A stretch of 63,815 nt of DNA, the filler included, from an uncultured bacterium (GTDB taxonomy: Bacteria > B130-G9), in assembly GCA_965372715.1 (NCBI GenBank). It is 3 parts of 3 records of this genome, joined end to end, with 100 filler letters (N's around TTAATTAATTAA, not from the genome) between each part and the next. Parts side by side here need not be neighbours in the genome. Positions count along the whole stretch, not along the records: positions 1 to 30,289 come from CBDVDH010000049.1; 2 more parts are not named here. One strand, given 5' to 3'. The stretch's first letter is position 1. Each line of letters opens with the position of its first letter. The notes below the pieces were generated by a model, which was given only the letters and a program-made list of their open reading frames with translations, was not told where the DNA came from and did not search any database. Of this stretch, positions 8,564 through 18,204 are shown in pieces. The position numbers and the translations under genes were made by a program.

Positions 8564-11500
8564 TCAACGCTGTACTGGTTCTTCGTCTTCAATGCATAGA
8601 CAAGTGCCTTCCCACCAGTCCTTCGAGTGCGAATCGCCAAGACCCTCTTCGCCGCACCAATATACATACATCGGGTAATAAGCACGTTCGCCGTCACAAC
8701 CCTTCTGGGCGCCCGCACAATGTCCCGACCTCCTCTCCGCGCAATACAAGCAGCATGCATAAGCCTTGCACGCCAGATGTTTTGCCCATGGGTATACGTC
8801 GTCCCAGTTCTCCGTAGTGCAGCAGACCTCGTCTTCTCCCAGCTGATAGTCGCCACCTTTGAAGCACCTGTCGGGAGGCCGACTAGTATTGCAATAGAAA
8901 TTGCAGTCATGCCACATTTCCTCGCAGTGGTCAATGCAGCTGTCCAATCCCGGTATCGGGTCGCCTTCCCTCAGAAGTACGTCAAACACCCTCGCGCGTC
9001 GGTTCACATCGTATCTAACGCTGGTGAAGAAATCCCTTACTGCCACCACGAAGCAATTGGCCCTGCAAAACGCATATTGGTCCTGACAACACCCCGTGCA
9101 ATCTTCTTGGCCAATACAGAACTCGCCCCAATCCCTGCCGCCAAGCAAAGGGGTTGGAGACACTGGATTCGGTGATCCATACGCTGATCTTGGCGCCCCC
9201 GAAACGTTCTTTTGATATGTGCGGCCGATAGCCGGCTCATAGTCGAGACCCGTGCCCGCATAGTGCTCGGACGTTGACGCGTAATACCAGCCTCTAAAGC
9301 GATAGTCCGTTGAGACGCCACCTGAGAGTTGGGTTTCGGTGGGGTCGCCCCAGGCATCGTAGCCGTAGCGCGTTTTAATGACCTCCGAGCTGTTGACGAG
9401 CTCGCGCGTGGAACCCAGGCGGTCGCGCGTCAAGTAGTAGGCAGTATCAGGGTCCGTTGTCCGGTCCAGCATTGCGTCCGCACCGAGTATATAGGACGTC
9501 ACCAGCGACCAATTCGAGTTGTACTCTCCCAAGACCTGCAAGCCAGCGTGGAAGTAGTTGGTCACGCCCAACGTCGAATCAGAGGCCGATCGGCGGGCGC
9601 CGGTGGGGTTGTAGGTGTATTCGACGAGGGTGGCGCTGTTCTCTTTGAAGGCCTCGAGGCGCCGCTCGTAGTCCCAGTCGTATGTCCAGGTGTCCGTGCC
9701 GTCGGACTTGGAGACCAAGCAGCCGTCCGAGGCATACGTGAACGTCATGGTTACCGTGCTGGTTGTCCACTGCGTCAACTCGTCCGCGTTGTCGTACGTG
9801 TAAGTCGTCGTTATCGTGGCCTGGGTCGTAAACTCAGACATCTTGGTCCGGTTGCCGACGGCGTCATACTGATACCCAAAGTCGCTCCCGGACGGGTAAT
9901 CGACCTCCGTCAGCTGGTAGATGTCGTCGTACGTATAGCTCGTCTCATTCGAGTCCTTGTCCGTTTGGCTCGTAACGTTGCCGACGTCGTCATACGCATA
10001 GTCCCATGAGCTGATAACGGTGCCGTTCGACTTCTTATTCGTGATCTTGGTGAGGCGCCTCGCATCGTCGTAGTCGTATTCGGTGTAACAGCCGTTGCCC
10101 AGCGTCAGCTTCGTCCGGAGCGAGCAGCACGTCGCGTATTCGATAGTGGCGAAAGTCGAGCCGTTCACGACATCGCTAACTCGGTTCAACGCATCATAAT
10201 AATAGTTGATGTCGTTGTTCGACGTGTCCTCGATCTCCAAAAGATTCCCGTTGTCGTCGTAGGCATACTCGATCTCGAGGCCCTGCGTATCGTCCCGAAC
10301 CTTGGTCGGCTTGTTCTCAGCGTCGTAAGTGAACTCGAAAGTGATCGTCCCGTCCGACGCCTCGGTCATGTTCCCGTTCGCGTCGAACCTATATGCAGCG
10401 TAGCTGTGGTCCTCGTATTCCTTCTTGGTGAGGCGATTTACGGCGTCATAAGTGAAGTCAGTATCGTTGCCCAACGGGTCGGTCTTACTCGTCAGGTTCC
10501 CGACAGCATCATACGTGAACTCCGAATACCTGCTCAGGGCGTCCGTCTGCTTCGTGACACGGTTCAGGCAGTTGTGCGTATAGGTGACGAAGTCCTTGTC
10601 CCGGCCGTCGATTATCTTCGTGACGTTCCCATTATCGTCATATTGATACTCGGTTTCGTTACCCTCGGCGTCCGTAACCTTCGTCTTGCGATACAGATCG
10701 TCGTAGGTGTACTCGGTCTCGTTGCCCTCGGCGTCCTTACGCTTCGTGATGGTGCCCACGCTGCTGTAGTAGGTGTAACTCGTGTGCTCCAGCGGGTCCG
10801 TCGCCTCAGTCCGGCGATTCAGAGCATCATAGACGTATGTGTATTCAGTCTCGTCCGGCATCGTCTTCGTCGTCAGGTTGCCATTGGCGTCGTAATCGAA
10901 CTCCGTTTCATTGTCAAGCGCATCAGTTATCTTGGTGCGCATGTTCCGCGAGTCGTAGGTGTACTCCGTCTCGTTGCCCAGCTTGTCGATAACCTTCGTC
11001 TGATTGCCGTTCGCGTCGTATTCTTGCTCGGTATAGTTGTCGAACGGATCGGTTACTTTCACGAGGCGATTCAGAACGTCGTATTCGTAATCCATCTCGC
11101 TGTCGCGGGCGTCGATGACCTTCGTCCGATTGCCGACGGCGTCGTATTGATATTCGACCTCGTTGTCCACAGCATCCGTTTTCTTGATCATCCGGCCCAC
11201 AACGTCGTATTCAAACTCGGTGTCGTTGCTTCTGGCGTCGGTTATCTTCGTCAGCCGTCCGTCCTTGTCGTAATACCGATACGTGCTGTTCTCGTCCGCG
11301 TCAATCGTTTCCTCAAGCCGATTCGCGTCGTCATAGACGTATTCAGTGTCGTTCCCTCGAAAATCTCTCGACTTCGTCAGGTTGCCATTTGCGTCGTACC
11401 ATTTATAGGTGGACTTGCCTAGGTCGTTCTTAATCTCCTTAACTTGGTTCAAAACAGTGTAGTAATAGTAGGTCTCGTTGTCAAAAGCGTCCTTCGTCCG

Positions 11501-13207
11501 AGTTAGGTTGCCCGCGTCGTCGTAATACCGGAACGTCGCGCAGTCGAGCGGGTCGGTCGTCTCTTCGAGGCGCCCGAGCTCGTCGTAGTCGTAGGTCCAG
11601 GAGTTGCCGCGAGCGTCGGTAAACTTCGTCTTGTTCCCAGAGTCGTCGTATTCGTATTCGATATACTCGTCATCCGGGAAAGTCACCTTGATGATCGTCC
11701 CGTAGGTCCCGTATTCGTAGTCCCACTCGTAATTGCGCCTGTCGATTATCTTCGTCATCCGCGACATCGTGTTGTAGTCACACTCGACGCAATTGCCGGT
11801 GGCGTCCGTCGCTATCGTCAGGTTGCAGAGGCCGTCGTAGCCGTATTCGGTGTCGCTGCTCCGCTGATCGGTGAACTTCGTCACGAGCGCGGGGTAGGCG
11901 AGGTGATACTCAAACCCAATCGTGTTTCCCGTCGGGTCCTCGATCTCTGTGCACTGATGCGCCAGGTTGTGGTCGAAGTCCCAGCGGTTGTCCTCTTTGT
12001 CGTCGAACCACTCGATGTTACCCGACAAATCGCGAGAAAGCTCAGTGTAGTAGCCCTCGCCGTCCGTAACTTTCGTCGTGTAGCCCTTGGGTTGGCTGTA
12101 GTCGTAGCAAAGCGTCTTGCCGTTGCGGTCGTTTACGTACGTGTGCCCCAGGGCATACATGAACGAGACCGTGCTGCCTGTTGGGTCCTCGATCTCGGTC
12201 ACCTTGCCCGACAGAGCGTCGTGAGTATATTCCCACTCGTTGTCGTTGCCGTCCTTGACCGAATTCAAGCGCCCGTTGAGGTCGTAGTCGTATTCGAGGT
12301 CCGAGCCGTCCGGCCGATCGACGTTCTTCAGCCGTCCCGCCACGTCATACCAATACGTCCAGTCGAGACCGTCGGAGCCCTCAATCCTGTGAAGCATGCC
12401 GTTGAGATACGTGATGTCGAAATATGCGCCGTTGTTGTTCTCGATTTTGGTCAATAGGTTGGAGTTGTTGTAGGTGAAGTTGACATATTGGTCTGAGTCC
12501 GGGCCTTCGACCTTCGTCGGCCGATAGACAGTGCCCTTCGTCGCAAACAACATGCGCGAGCCATCGTCATACTTCAGCGTCATGACCCCCGTTGACGTGT
12601 TCTCCTCGATGCGTGTGATGCCCGTCGCCTCATCAAGAGGCGGGATGTAAGTCATCATCCACCTACCCCCGCCCCTAGTTGCCATGAACAGGATATCGCT
12701 GCCCGTGGAGTTCGCCAGCGTAACCGTGGAGTTCGTTACGTCCTTTTGGATTGACTTGAAGTAATTAAGCGTCCAGCCCGCCGAGAAACCCAAAGCGCCG
12801 AAACTGCCTGAATCATACGTCCGGACGATCTGAAGCGGGATATCTCCCGGCAGACGCCCGTCGCGATAGCTAAGGTGCAACTTGCCTGTCGTCGTGAACA
12901 CGCCAAAATAAGGATCGCCGTGCCTCGCGGCCAGATACTGCCGGAAGTGCCTCACAAGCTCGCCAGGCAAGTTGCGGCCGTACTGCCCCTCCTTCGCAAG
13001 AACCGGCGAGACCGCCGGCGCACTTATTACTGGAATCGTCGGCGGCGATGAGCCACCGCCGGCATTCGATGCGCCTCTCCCACAGGAGCCACCGGAACAG
13101 CCGCCCCCGCCGCAGGCTAGCGCATAATTACCTCCCCCCCACGCAAGGAGCGTGGCGGTGAGGAGAAAGCAGACAAACAACAGTTTTGGAACTGTTTTGG
13201 GCCACAT
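8564..13207 (-). CDS. RHS/YD-repeat protein with Sec signal, DUF6531-like N-region and Cys-rich C-terminus
   Basis: Dozens of YxYDxxGxxT repeats; DRLGST...YDAWG core; GDP...TG...D...L.I.RTYDS region; ATG 13207 after GGGAGG RBS gives hydrophobic leader. Confidence 0.92.
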   Translation of the reverse strand: MWPKTVPKLLFVCFLLTATLLAWGGGNYALACGGGGCSGGSCGRGASNAGGGSSPPTIPVISAPAVSPVLAKEGQYGRNLPGELVRHFRQYLAARHGDPYFGVFTTTGKLHLSYRDGRLPGDIPLQIVRTYDSGSFGALGFSAGWTLNYFKSIQKDVTNSTVTLANSTGSDILFMATRGGGRWMMTYIPPLDEATGITRIEENTSTGVMTLKYDDGSRMLFATKGTVYRPTKVEGPDSDQYVNFTYNNSNLLTKIENNNGAYFDITYLNGMLHRIEGSDGLDWTYWYDVAGRLKNVDRPDGSDLEYDYDLNGRLNSVKDGNDNEWEYTHDALSGKVTEIEDPTGSTVSFMYALGHTYVNDRNGKTLCYDYSQPKGYTTKVTDGEGYYTELSRDLSGNIEWFDDKEDNRWDFDHNLAHQCTEIEDPTGNTIGFEYHLAYPALVTKFTDQRSSDTEYGYDGLCNLTIATDATGNCVECDYNTMSRMTKIIDRRNYEWDYEYGTYGTIIKVTFPDDEYIEYEYDDSGNKTKFTDARGNSWTYDYDELGRLEETTDPLDCATFRYYDDAGNLTRTKDAFDNETYYYYTVLNQVKEIKNDLGKSTYKWYDANGNLTKSRDFRGNDTEYVYDDANRLEETIDADENSTYRYYDKDGRLTKITDARSNDTEFEYDVVGRMIKKTDAVDNEVEYQYDAVGNRTKVIDARDSEMDYEYDVLNRLVKVTDPFDNYTEQEYDANGNQTKVIDKLGNETEYTYDSRNMRTKITDALDNETEFDYDANGNLTTKTMPDETEYTYVYDALNRRTEATDPLEHTSYTYYSSVGTITKRKDAEGNETEYTYDDLYRKTKVTDAEGNETEYQYDDNGNVTKIIDGRDKDFVTYTHNCLNRVTKQTDALSRYSEFTYDAVGNLTSKTDPLGNDTDFTYDAVNRLTKKEYEDHSYAAYRFDANGNMTEASDGTITFEFTYDAENKPTKVRDDTQGLEIEYAYDDNGNLLEIEDTSNNDINYYYDALNRVSDVVNGSTFATIEYATCCSLRTKLTLGNGCYTEYDYDDARRLTKITNKKSNGTVISSWDYAYDDVGNVTSQTDKDSNETSYTYDDIYQLTEVDYPSGSDFGYQYDAVGNRTKMSEFTTQATITTTYTYDNADELTQWTTSTVTMTFTYASDGCLVSKSDGTDTWTYDWDYERRLEAFKENSATLVEYTYNPTGARRSASDSTLGVTNYFHAGLQVLGEYNSNWSLVTSYILGADAMLDRTTDPDTAYYLTRDRLGSTRELVNSSEVIKTRYGYDAWGDPTETQLSGGVSTDYRFRGWYYASTSEHYAGTGLDYEPAIGRTYQKNVSGAPRSAYGSPNPVSPTPLLGGRDWGEFCIGQEDCTGCCQDQYAFCRANCFVVAVRDFFTSVRYDVNRRARVFDVLLREGDPIPGLDSCIDHCEEMWHDCNFYCNTSRPPDRCFKGGDYQLGEDEVCCTTENWDDVYPWAKHLACKAYACCLYCAERRSGHCAGAQKGCDGERAYYPMYVYWCGEEGLGDSHSKDWWEGTCLCIEDEEPVQR

Positions 13208-13521
13208 GTTTATGCCTCCCTTTTTCTTTTCGTGCGTTGTGGCCAAAAAGATTACGAATTCTCTCCGTTTGAAGTGTTTAGGAATAAGAGAAAAGCCCCG
13301 TTCCCATGACAACTACGGGTATTCTGCCGTCTCTTCAGCATGTGACCGGAACGAATACAGTGCGAGCGCGGGAATTAGGGTCTGCGAGGTCGGGCGACGA
13401 GGCGCCTCACAGACCGGACTCAAATCGTTTTATCGAACGAGCCTATCATAAGCGCCTCCAATAGAGTTTCCATCGGCCGGACGGACACTCCAAACGCAGT
13501 CTGCGCGAAAACTAGGCATTG

Positions 13522-13549
13522 ATAATACCGGTGTTTTCGGGATTGTCAA
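13522..13549 (-). promoter_or_regulatory. Putative sigma70 promoter for RHS gene
   Basis: TTGACA-N16-TATTAT with upstream A-tract. Confidence 0.55.
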
Positions 13550-13612
13550 GTTTTTTTTCAGTTGGAAGCCGAAGGTCAACATAGGAGGGTTGGTTCTGCA
13601 TTCCGCGTTGGC

Positions 13613-13728
13613 TCTTCGTGGTTCTTCGCGTCCTTCGTGGAGCGATTCATCTGCGGGCGGGCCTGAGACCGCGCCCCTACATGAATTCCCTTTTCCTTTT
13701 CTCCCATTGTCCTTTTGTCCCCCTTCCC
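13613..13728. repeat. Composite repeat: CTTCG(T/C)G 9-10-mers, a single GTAG REP (13654-13680) and pyrimidine 8-mers
   Basis: tcttcgtggt tcttcgcg tccttcgtgg; gcgggcgggcctgagaccgcgcccctac; cccttttc cttttctc ccattgtc cttttgtc. Confidence 0.7.
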
Positions 13729-13890
13729 GCTGTTATTTGCCAAACGACTTGCAGAAGCGGCGGAGTTTTGGTTGAATTGGCACTTACCTTTGGAGTTAGA
13801 ATAGGTTCAACGTAAGGAGAGGCCGGCGCCTGTAAAGGTGTAGATATTTGAAGAGGAGTCGCGGCTTTTATTCTTATTAGGAGATGCAAT

Positions 13891-16800
13891 ATGTTCCATC
13901 GGAGATTCTTTGCTTGCATAATGGTTGCTGCAATAGCGTCGTTTGCGCTTGCATCCAGCGCGTTTTGCGGTTCGATGATGTTTCGCGGCGGGCCTCAGCG
14001 GACGGGGGTCTCGGAGCTCTCTGGCCCGAAGTCAACGGTGCTCGCGATAGCGTGGTCATACGAAGTAGGCACCAACAACGATTGGCTTTGCTCCACGCCC
14101 GCGATGGACGAGGCGGCCGACCTGTTCGTTTTCGGCGCGAACGATAAGAGGATACACGCGGTGAACCTTGCCGGGGAGCTTCTGTGGTCTTACGAGACGG
14201 GCGGCCAGGTGTATTCATCACCGCTTTTGATGGGCGGAAAGGTCTATGTGGGCTCGCTGGATGGCAAGCTCTACGCATTCACGTATGGCGGCGAGCTCGA
14301 ATGGACTTATGAGACCGCGGGCGCGGTCTATTCGTCGCCCCTGGGTTACTCGCCGGGAGGGGTCGATACGGTGGCTTTCGGCTCAGACGACGGGAAGGTC
14401 TATGCGCTCGGGACGGATGGCAGCCTTCGCTGGTCGTATCAGACGGAGGGTTGGGTCAGCTCGTCGCCGGCCGCTTCTCCGGGGTGCGAGCTATACGTGT
14501 GTTCTTATGATGGACATCTCTACGCATTTGATATAAATGGCGCATTCAAGTGGCGATTTGCCGCTGCCTCGCACATCTTCGCGACGCCGGCCATCGGGCC
14601 CGACGGAGGGATACACTTCGGGACGCTTGGCGGGACGTTTTTCAAGGTCCTCGCAGATGGGACCGAGGCGTTCAGGTTCGAGGCGGACGGCTCGATTTTC
14701 GCGTCGTGTTCAGTTGACGGTGAGGGCTACTCGCGTTTTGGGACGATCGGATACACCTTTTACCGCATAACGCCGTCTGGTGAGCTGGCGTCGAGCTACG
14801 TCAGCGGGCAGACGACGACGCTTTACTATCTATCCTCCCCTCTTTTGGACCTGGGTGGGAAGAGCTATGTAGGGACCCTTGGGCGGCGCCTCTATTGCTT
14901 CAATGCTACGTGCAGTAGGACGACTTGGAGGTTCTACATGGAGTCGAGCGAGCTCGGCACGAGCGGCAGTGGCATTTACGGCTCACTCATACTCGACAGC
15001 ACGGAGCGGCTGTACGTGCCGTGCATGAACGGAAAGTTATATTGTCTTGAGGCGGACTACGAGACAGCGCCAGCGGACCAGGCGGCTGCGCTTTACAATG
15101 AGCTGGTGCTTGAGCCGCTGGCTCACGCGCACGGCGAGACGGCCGCGTCGCGCGTTCAGCAGACCGCAGTTCCGGCCAGTGGGGCGATCAGTCGGAGAGC
15201 ATCCGGAGATGCTGGTCGGCGTGGGCCGACGGGGCCGGTCACGCTCCTGGACGAGGCGCTGAAGATGACTGGGTACAGCTATGCATCTCTGGCAATCGAT
15301 CCCATGCCCGTCGATAAGGACCCCTATCGGCTGGCTCTGGTCGATTATCTGCTGACGCAGGAGCCTGTTGAGGGCCCGGCGGTAACGCGGCAGCTTTCGG
15401 ACGACCTGGAATACGAATGCTCGACGCTTCAGCAGAAGGTCCTGAAGGCTGCGTCGATGGCGGATGTCTTGGTCGAGTCAGTCTCATTCTCTCACGCATT
15501 TGGCGATAGCCCGCTCGAGGAGGCGATTCGCGCTGTCTATACTCGACACGGCGCGGCGCTCACTCCCGAGCAGGAGGAAAAGCTGGCGTCGATCAACGGG
15601 ATAATGGGCCGAAGCATTCAGGAGGCGCTTGGGCTGTTGCTGCTTGCGATGGACGAGTCTACGCGGCTTCGGGACGAGGCGATGGCTGCGCTTTCGCCAA
15701 GCGAGAGGGAGAGCATTTTCTTCGAGACGATGAATCCCAATTACATCAGCAATGAATCGCCGCTTTTCTCGATGTTTGCGGTATATGACAAGGTCGATCG
15801 AGCGAAAATAGTCGAGGGTGGTGCAGTAGTTGCCGCCGTCATCGATTCCCTCTTGCGCTCGGCGAGGTCCGGGTCGGGCTGGGAGGTAGCTTCGGGCGCT
15901 CAAGGCCGGACGAGGAGCGCCTCGGTTGACGGAGACGTTGTCTTCTCTTTCGAGACGCCGATAGGGGCATTGATACTCGGCGGCTATGGCGAGACGACTT
16001 ATCGGACAGATTTCCAGCCTTCACCCGAGGACCTGCCAACCTTGATCGTCGATCTTGGCGGCGATGATCTACATTACAACTATCTGCCGCACGATTTGAG
16101 AGACTCGATCTGCGCCTCAGTGACGATAGACGTCTCTGGGAACGACATTTACAGGACAACTCGCGACAACGCACAGGGCTCTGGTCATCTGGGCGTGGGC
16201 TTTTGTGTAGATCTTTCGGGCAATGACTACTACCAGGGCGGGCATTATTCGCAGGGCGCCGGCTGGGGCGGCGTTGGCGTGCTAAACGACCGGGGCGGCG
16301 ATGACCAGTATTATGGCGAGACGTGTTGTCAGGGGGCTGGCTTCATGGGCGTTGGCCTCTTGATCGATTCGGACGGCAGCGATTCGTATTCAGTGGACGA
16401 GCATGGCCAGGCGTTCGGCTACATCCGCGGAGCGGGCGTTTTGATGGACACAGCGGGCGACGATCTATACTTCGCTGGTGGCGAGTATGAGCACGATTAT
16501 GAGCCCCCGCGGACGACTTCTATGTCACAGGGCTACGGCTTTGGTGTCAGGCTCCGTACAGTTGGCGAACGCCATGCTTCTGGAGGCGTCGGTCTTCTGG
16601 TTGACTCGGCGGGCGACGATACGTTCATAAGCGACTTTTTCGGGACGGCCGGGGCGTATTGGTTTGGCCTGGGGATGCTGATGAACCGGAGCGGAAACGA
16701 TATGTATATGTCGAGGCAGTATTCGATTGCGTCGGGGATACACCTCGCGGTTGGTCTCTTGGTTGACGACGATGGCGACGACACGTATATGTGCCGCTCG

Positions 16801-17142
16801 CTGTCGCAGGGCTGTGCTCACGACAATTCAGTGGGCATCTTGGTCGATAACGCTGGCGACGACGTGTATCTAGCGCAGGATTTCAGCCAGGGCGCCTCCA
16901 GCCCGCGCAGCTTCTCGGCGTTGGTTGACAACGCCGGGAACGACATGTATTGGGCTATGGCAGGGCATCTGAACCAGGGCGAGGGCCGGTATAGTGACAG
17001 AGAAAAGACTAGTTTGAGCTTGCTCCTGGACACCGGCGGGCGGGACTTCTATCAGATTATAGGGGCGGACAACACGAGGTGGACGCAGACGATCTACGGC
17101 GTTGGTATCGATTCAGAGTTCGGCGATACGGGGTTGCACTAA
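13891..17142 (+). CDS. Secreted PQQ/BamB-like beta-propeller protein with C-terminal DxxGxDxY repeat domain
   Basis: Signal peptide; repeated SSP...VGSxDGKLYA...G..W.Y.T; about 12 DxxG[ND]DxY repeats. Confidence 0.85.
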   Translation: MFHRRFFACIMVAAIASFALASSAFCGSMMFRGGPQRTGVSELSGPKSTVLAIAWSYEVGTNNDWLCSTPAMDEAADLFVFGANDKRIHAVNLAGELLWSYETGGQVYSSPLLMGGKVYVGSLDGKLYAFTYGGELEWTYETAGAVYSSPLGYSPGGVDTVAFGSDDGKVYALGTDGSLRWSYQTEGWVSSSPAASPGCELYVCSYDGHLYAFDINGAFKWRFAAASHIFATPAIGPDGGIHFGTLGGTFFKVLADGTEAFRFEADGSIFASCSVDGEGYSRFGTIGYTFYRITPSGELASSYVSGQTTTLYYLSSPLLDLGGKSYVGTLGRRLYCFNATCSRTTWRFYMESSELGTSGSGIYGSLILDSTERLYVPCMNGKLYCLEADYETAPADQAAALYNELVLEPLAHAHGETAASRVQQTAVPASGAISRRASGDAGRRGPTGPVTLLDEALKMTGYSYASLAIDPMPVDKDPYRLALVDYLLTQEPVEGPAVTRQLSDDLEYECSTLQQKVLKAASMADVLVESVSFSHAFGDSPLEEAIRAVYTRHGAALTPEQEEKLASINGIMGRSIQEALGLLLLAMDESTRLRDEAMAALSPSERESIFFETMNPNYISNESPLFSMFAVYDKVDRAKIVEGGAVVAAVIDSLLRSARSGSGWEVASGAQGRTRSASVDGDVVFSFETPIGALILGGYGETTYRTDFQPSPEDLPTLIVDLGGDDLHYNYLPHDLRDSICASVTIDVSGNDIYRTTRDNAQGSGHLGVGFCVDLSGNDYYQGGHYSQGAGWGGVGVLNDRGGDDQYYGETCCQGAGFMGVGLLIDSDGSDSYSVDEHGQAFGYIRGAGVLMDTAGDDLYFAGGEYEHDYEPPRTTSMSQGYGFGVRLRTVGERHASGGVGLLVDSAGDDTFISDFFGTAGAYWFGLGMLMNRSGNDMYMSRQYSIASGIHLAVGLLVDDDGDDTYMCRSLSQGCAHDNSVGILVDNAGDDVYLAQDFSQGASSPRSFSALVDNAGNDMYWAMAGHLNQGEGRYSDREKTSLSLLLDTGGRDFYQIIGADNTRWTQTIYGVGIDSEFGDTGLH

Positions 17143-17164
17143 TGACTGATACGGAGCTCGGATT

Positions 17165-18124
17165 ATGAAGGCACTGATTACCGGCGGGGCGGGTTTCATA
17201 GGTTCGCACCTCTGCGACGCGCTTCTAGCACGCGGCGACCACGTTACCGTTATAGACAACCTCTCCACAGGCTCGATCGACAATGTGAGCCACCTTGACG
17301 GCAACAGACGTTTCAAGCTCGTCATCGATACGATCATGAATATGCCGGTCCTGGAACAGCTCACGAACAAAGCAGATGTGGTTTTCCACCTTGCGGCGTC
17401 GGTGGGCGTCAAATACGTAATCGACAATCCGTTGAGATCGATTCAGACCAACATAAGAGGCACGGAGAACGTTCTAGCGGCGGCGAATAAGCGGAAGTGC
17501 AAGCTGGTGTTGGCCTCGACGTCGGAGATTTACGGGAAGAACCAACAAAGCCCGCTGCCGGAGGATGCCGACCGGGTACTCGGTTCGACGACAATTTCAC
17601 GTTGGTCCTATTCCGCGTCGAAGGCCGTCGATGAGTTCCTTACCCTTGCGTATCATCGAGAGAAGCAGCTGCCGGTCGTGGTGGTGCGCTTGTTTAACGC
17701 TTGCGGGCCTCGGCAGACTGGTCAGTATGGGATGGTGATACCGCGTTTCATCAAACAGGCGCTTCTAGGCCACGACGTCACTGTCTATGGTGACGGCACT
17801 CAGATGCGGTGCTTTTGCTACGTTGGAGATACAGTTTCCGGGCTGCTCAGGCTGTCCGAGGAGCCGAAAGCTGATGGCGAGGTGTTCAATCTTGGCAGCG
17901 ATACCGAGATCAGCATCCAGGAACTTGCGAAGCTCATAATCTCGCTTACGAAGAGCGAGTCGAAGATAGAGTTTGTGCCGTACGAGCAGGCTTATGAGAA
18001 GGGCTTTGAGGACATAGAGCGCGGAAAGCCGTCGCTATCGAAGATAGCGGATGTGATTGGCTACGAGCCGAAGGTTGGCCTCGAGGAGGCTCTGAGAAGG
18101 ACGATCGAGTATTTCAGGGAGTGA
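17165..18124 (+). CDS. NAD-dependent nucleotide-sugar epimerase/dehydratase
   Basis: ITGGAGFIGSHL, ASTSEIYG, YSASK, RLFN, GDGTQMRCF. Confidence 0.9.
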   Translation: MKALITGGAGFIGSHLCDALLARGDHVTVIDNLSTGSIDNVSHLDGNRRFKLVIDTIMNMPVLEQLTNKADVVFHLAASVGVKYVIDNPLRSIQTNIRGTENVLAAANKRKCKLVLASTSEIYGKNQQSPLPEDADRVLGSTTISRWSYSASKAVDEFLTLAYHREKQLPVVVVRLFNACGPRQTGQYGMVIPRFIKQALLGHDVTVYGDGTQMRCFCYVGDTVSGLLRLSEEPKADGEVFNLGSDTEISIQELAKLIISLTKSESKIEFVPYEQAYEKGFEDIERGKPSLSKIADVIGYEPKVGLEEALRRTIEYFRE

Positions 18125-18204
18125 TGAAACGTAAGAAAGCGCTTGAGCTCCGTGTTCTCGTGTTGCTCTGACGTTTAGCGCTTATATTAGATGGACTTCA
18201 TTGA

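Noticed and set aside
8380-8934. 185-aa N-terminal extension of the FGE ORF overlapping the RHS tip
   Set aside because: A strong RBS and signal peptide sit at 8379, and the paralog at 63338 starts at the equivalent position
9329-12457. Long plus-strand ORFs antisense to the RHS gene, and similar shadow ORFs across the window
   Set aside because: These are expected antisense frames of GC-rich coding DNA and show no motifs
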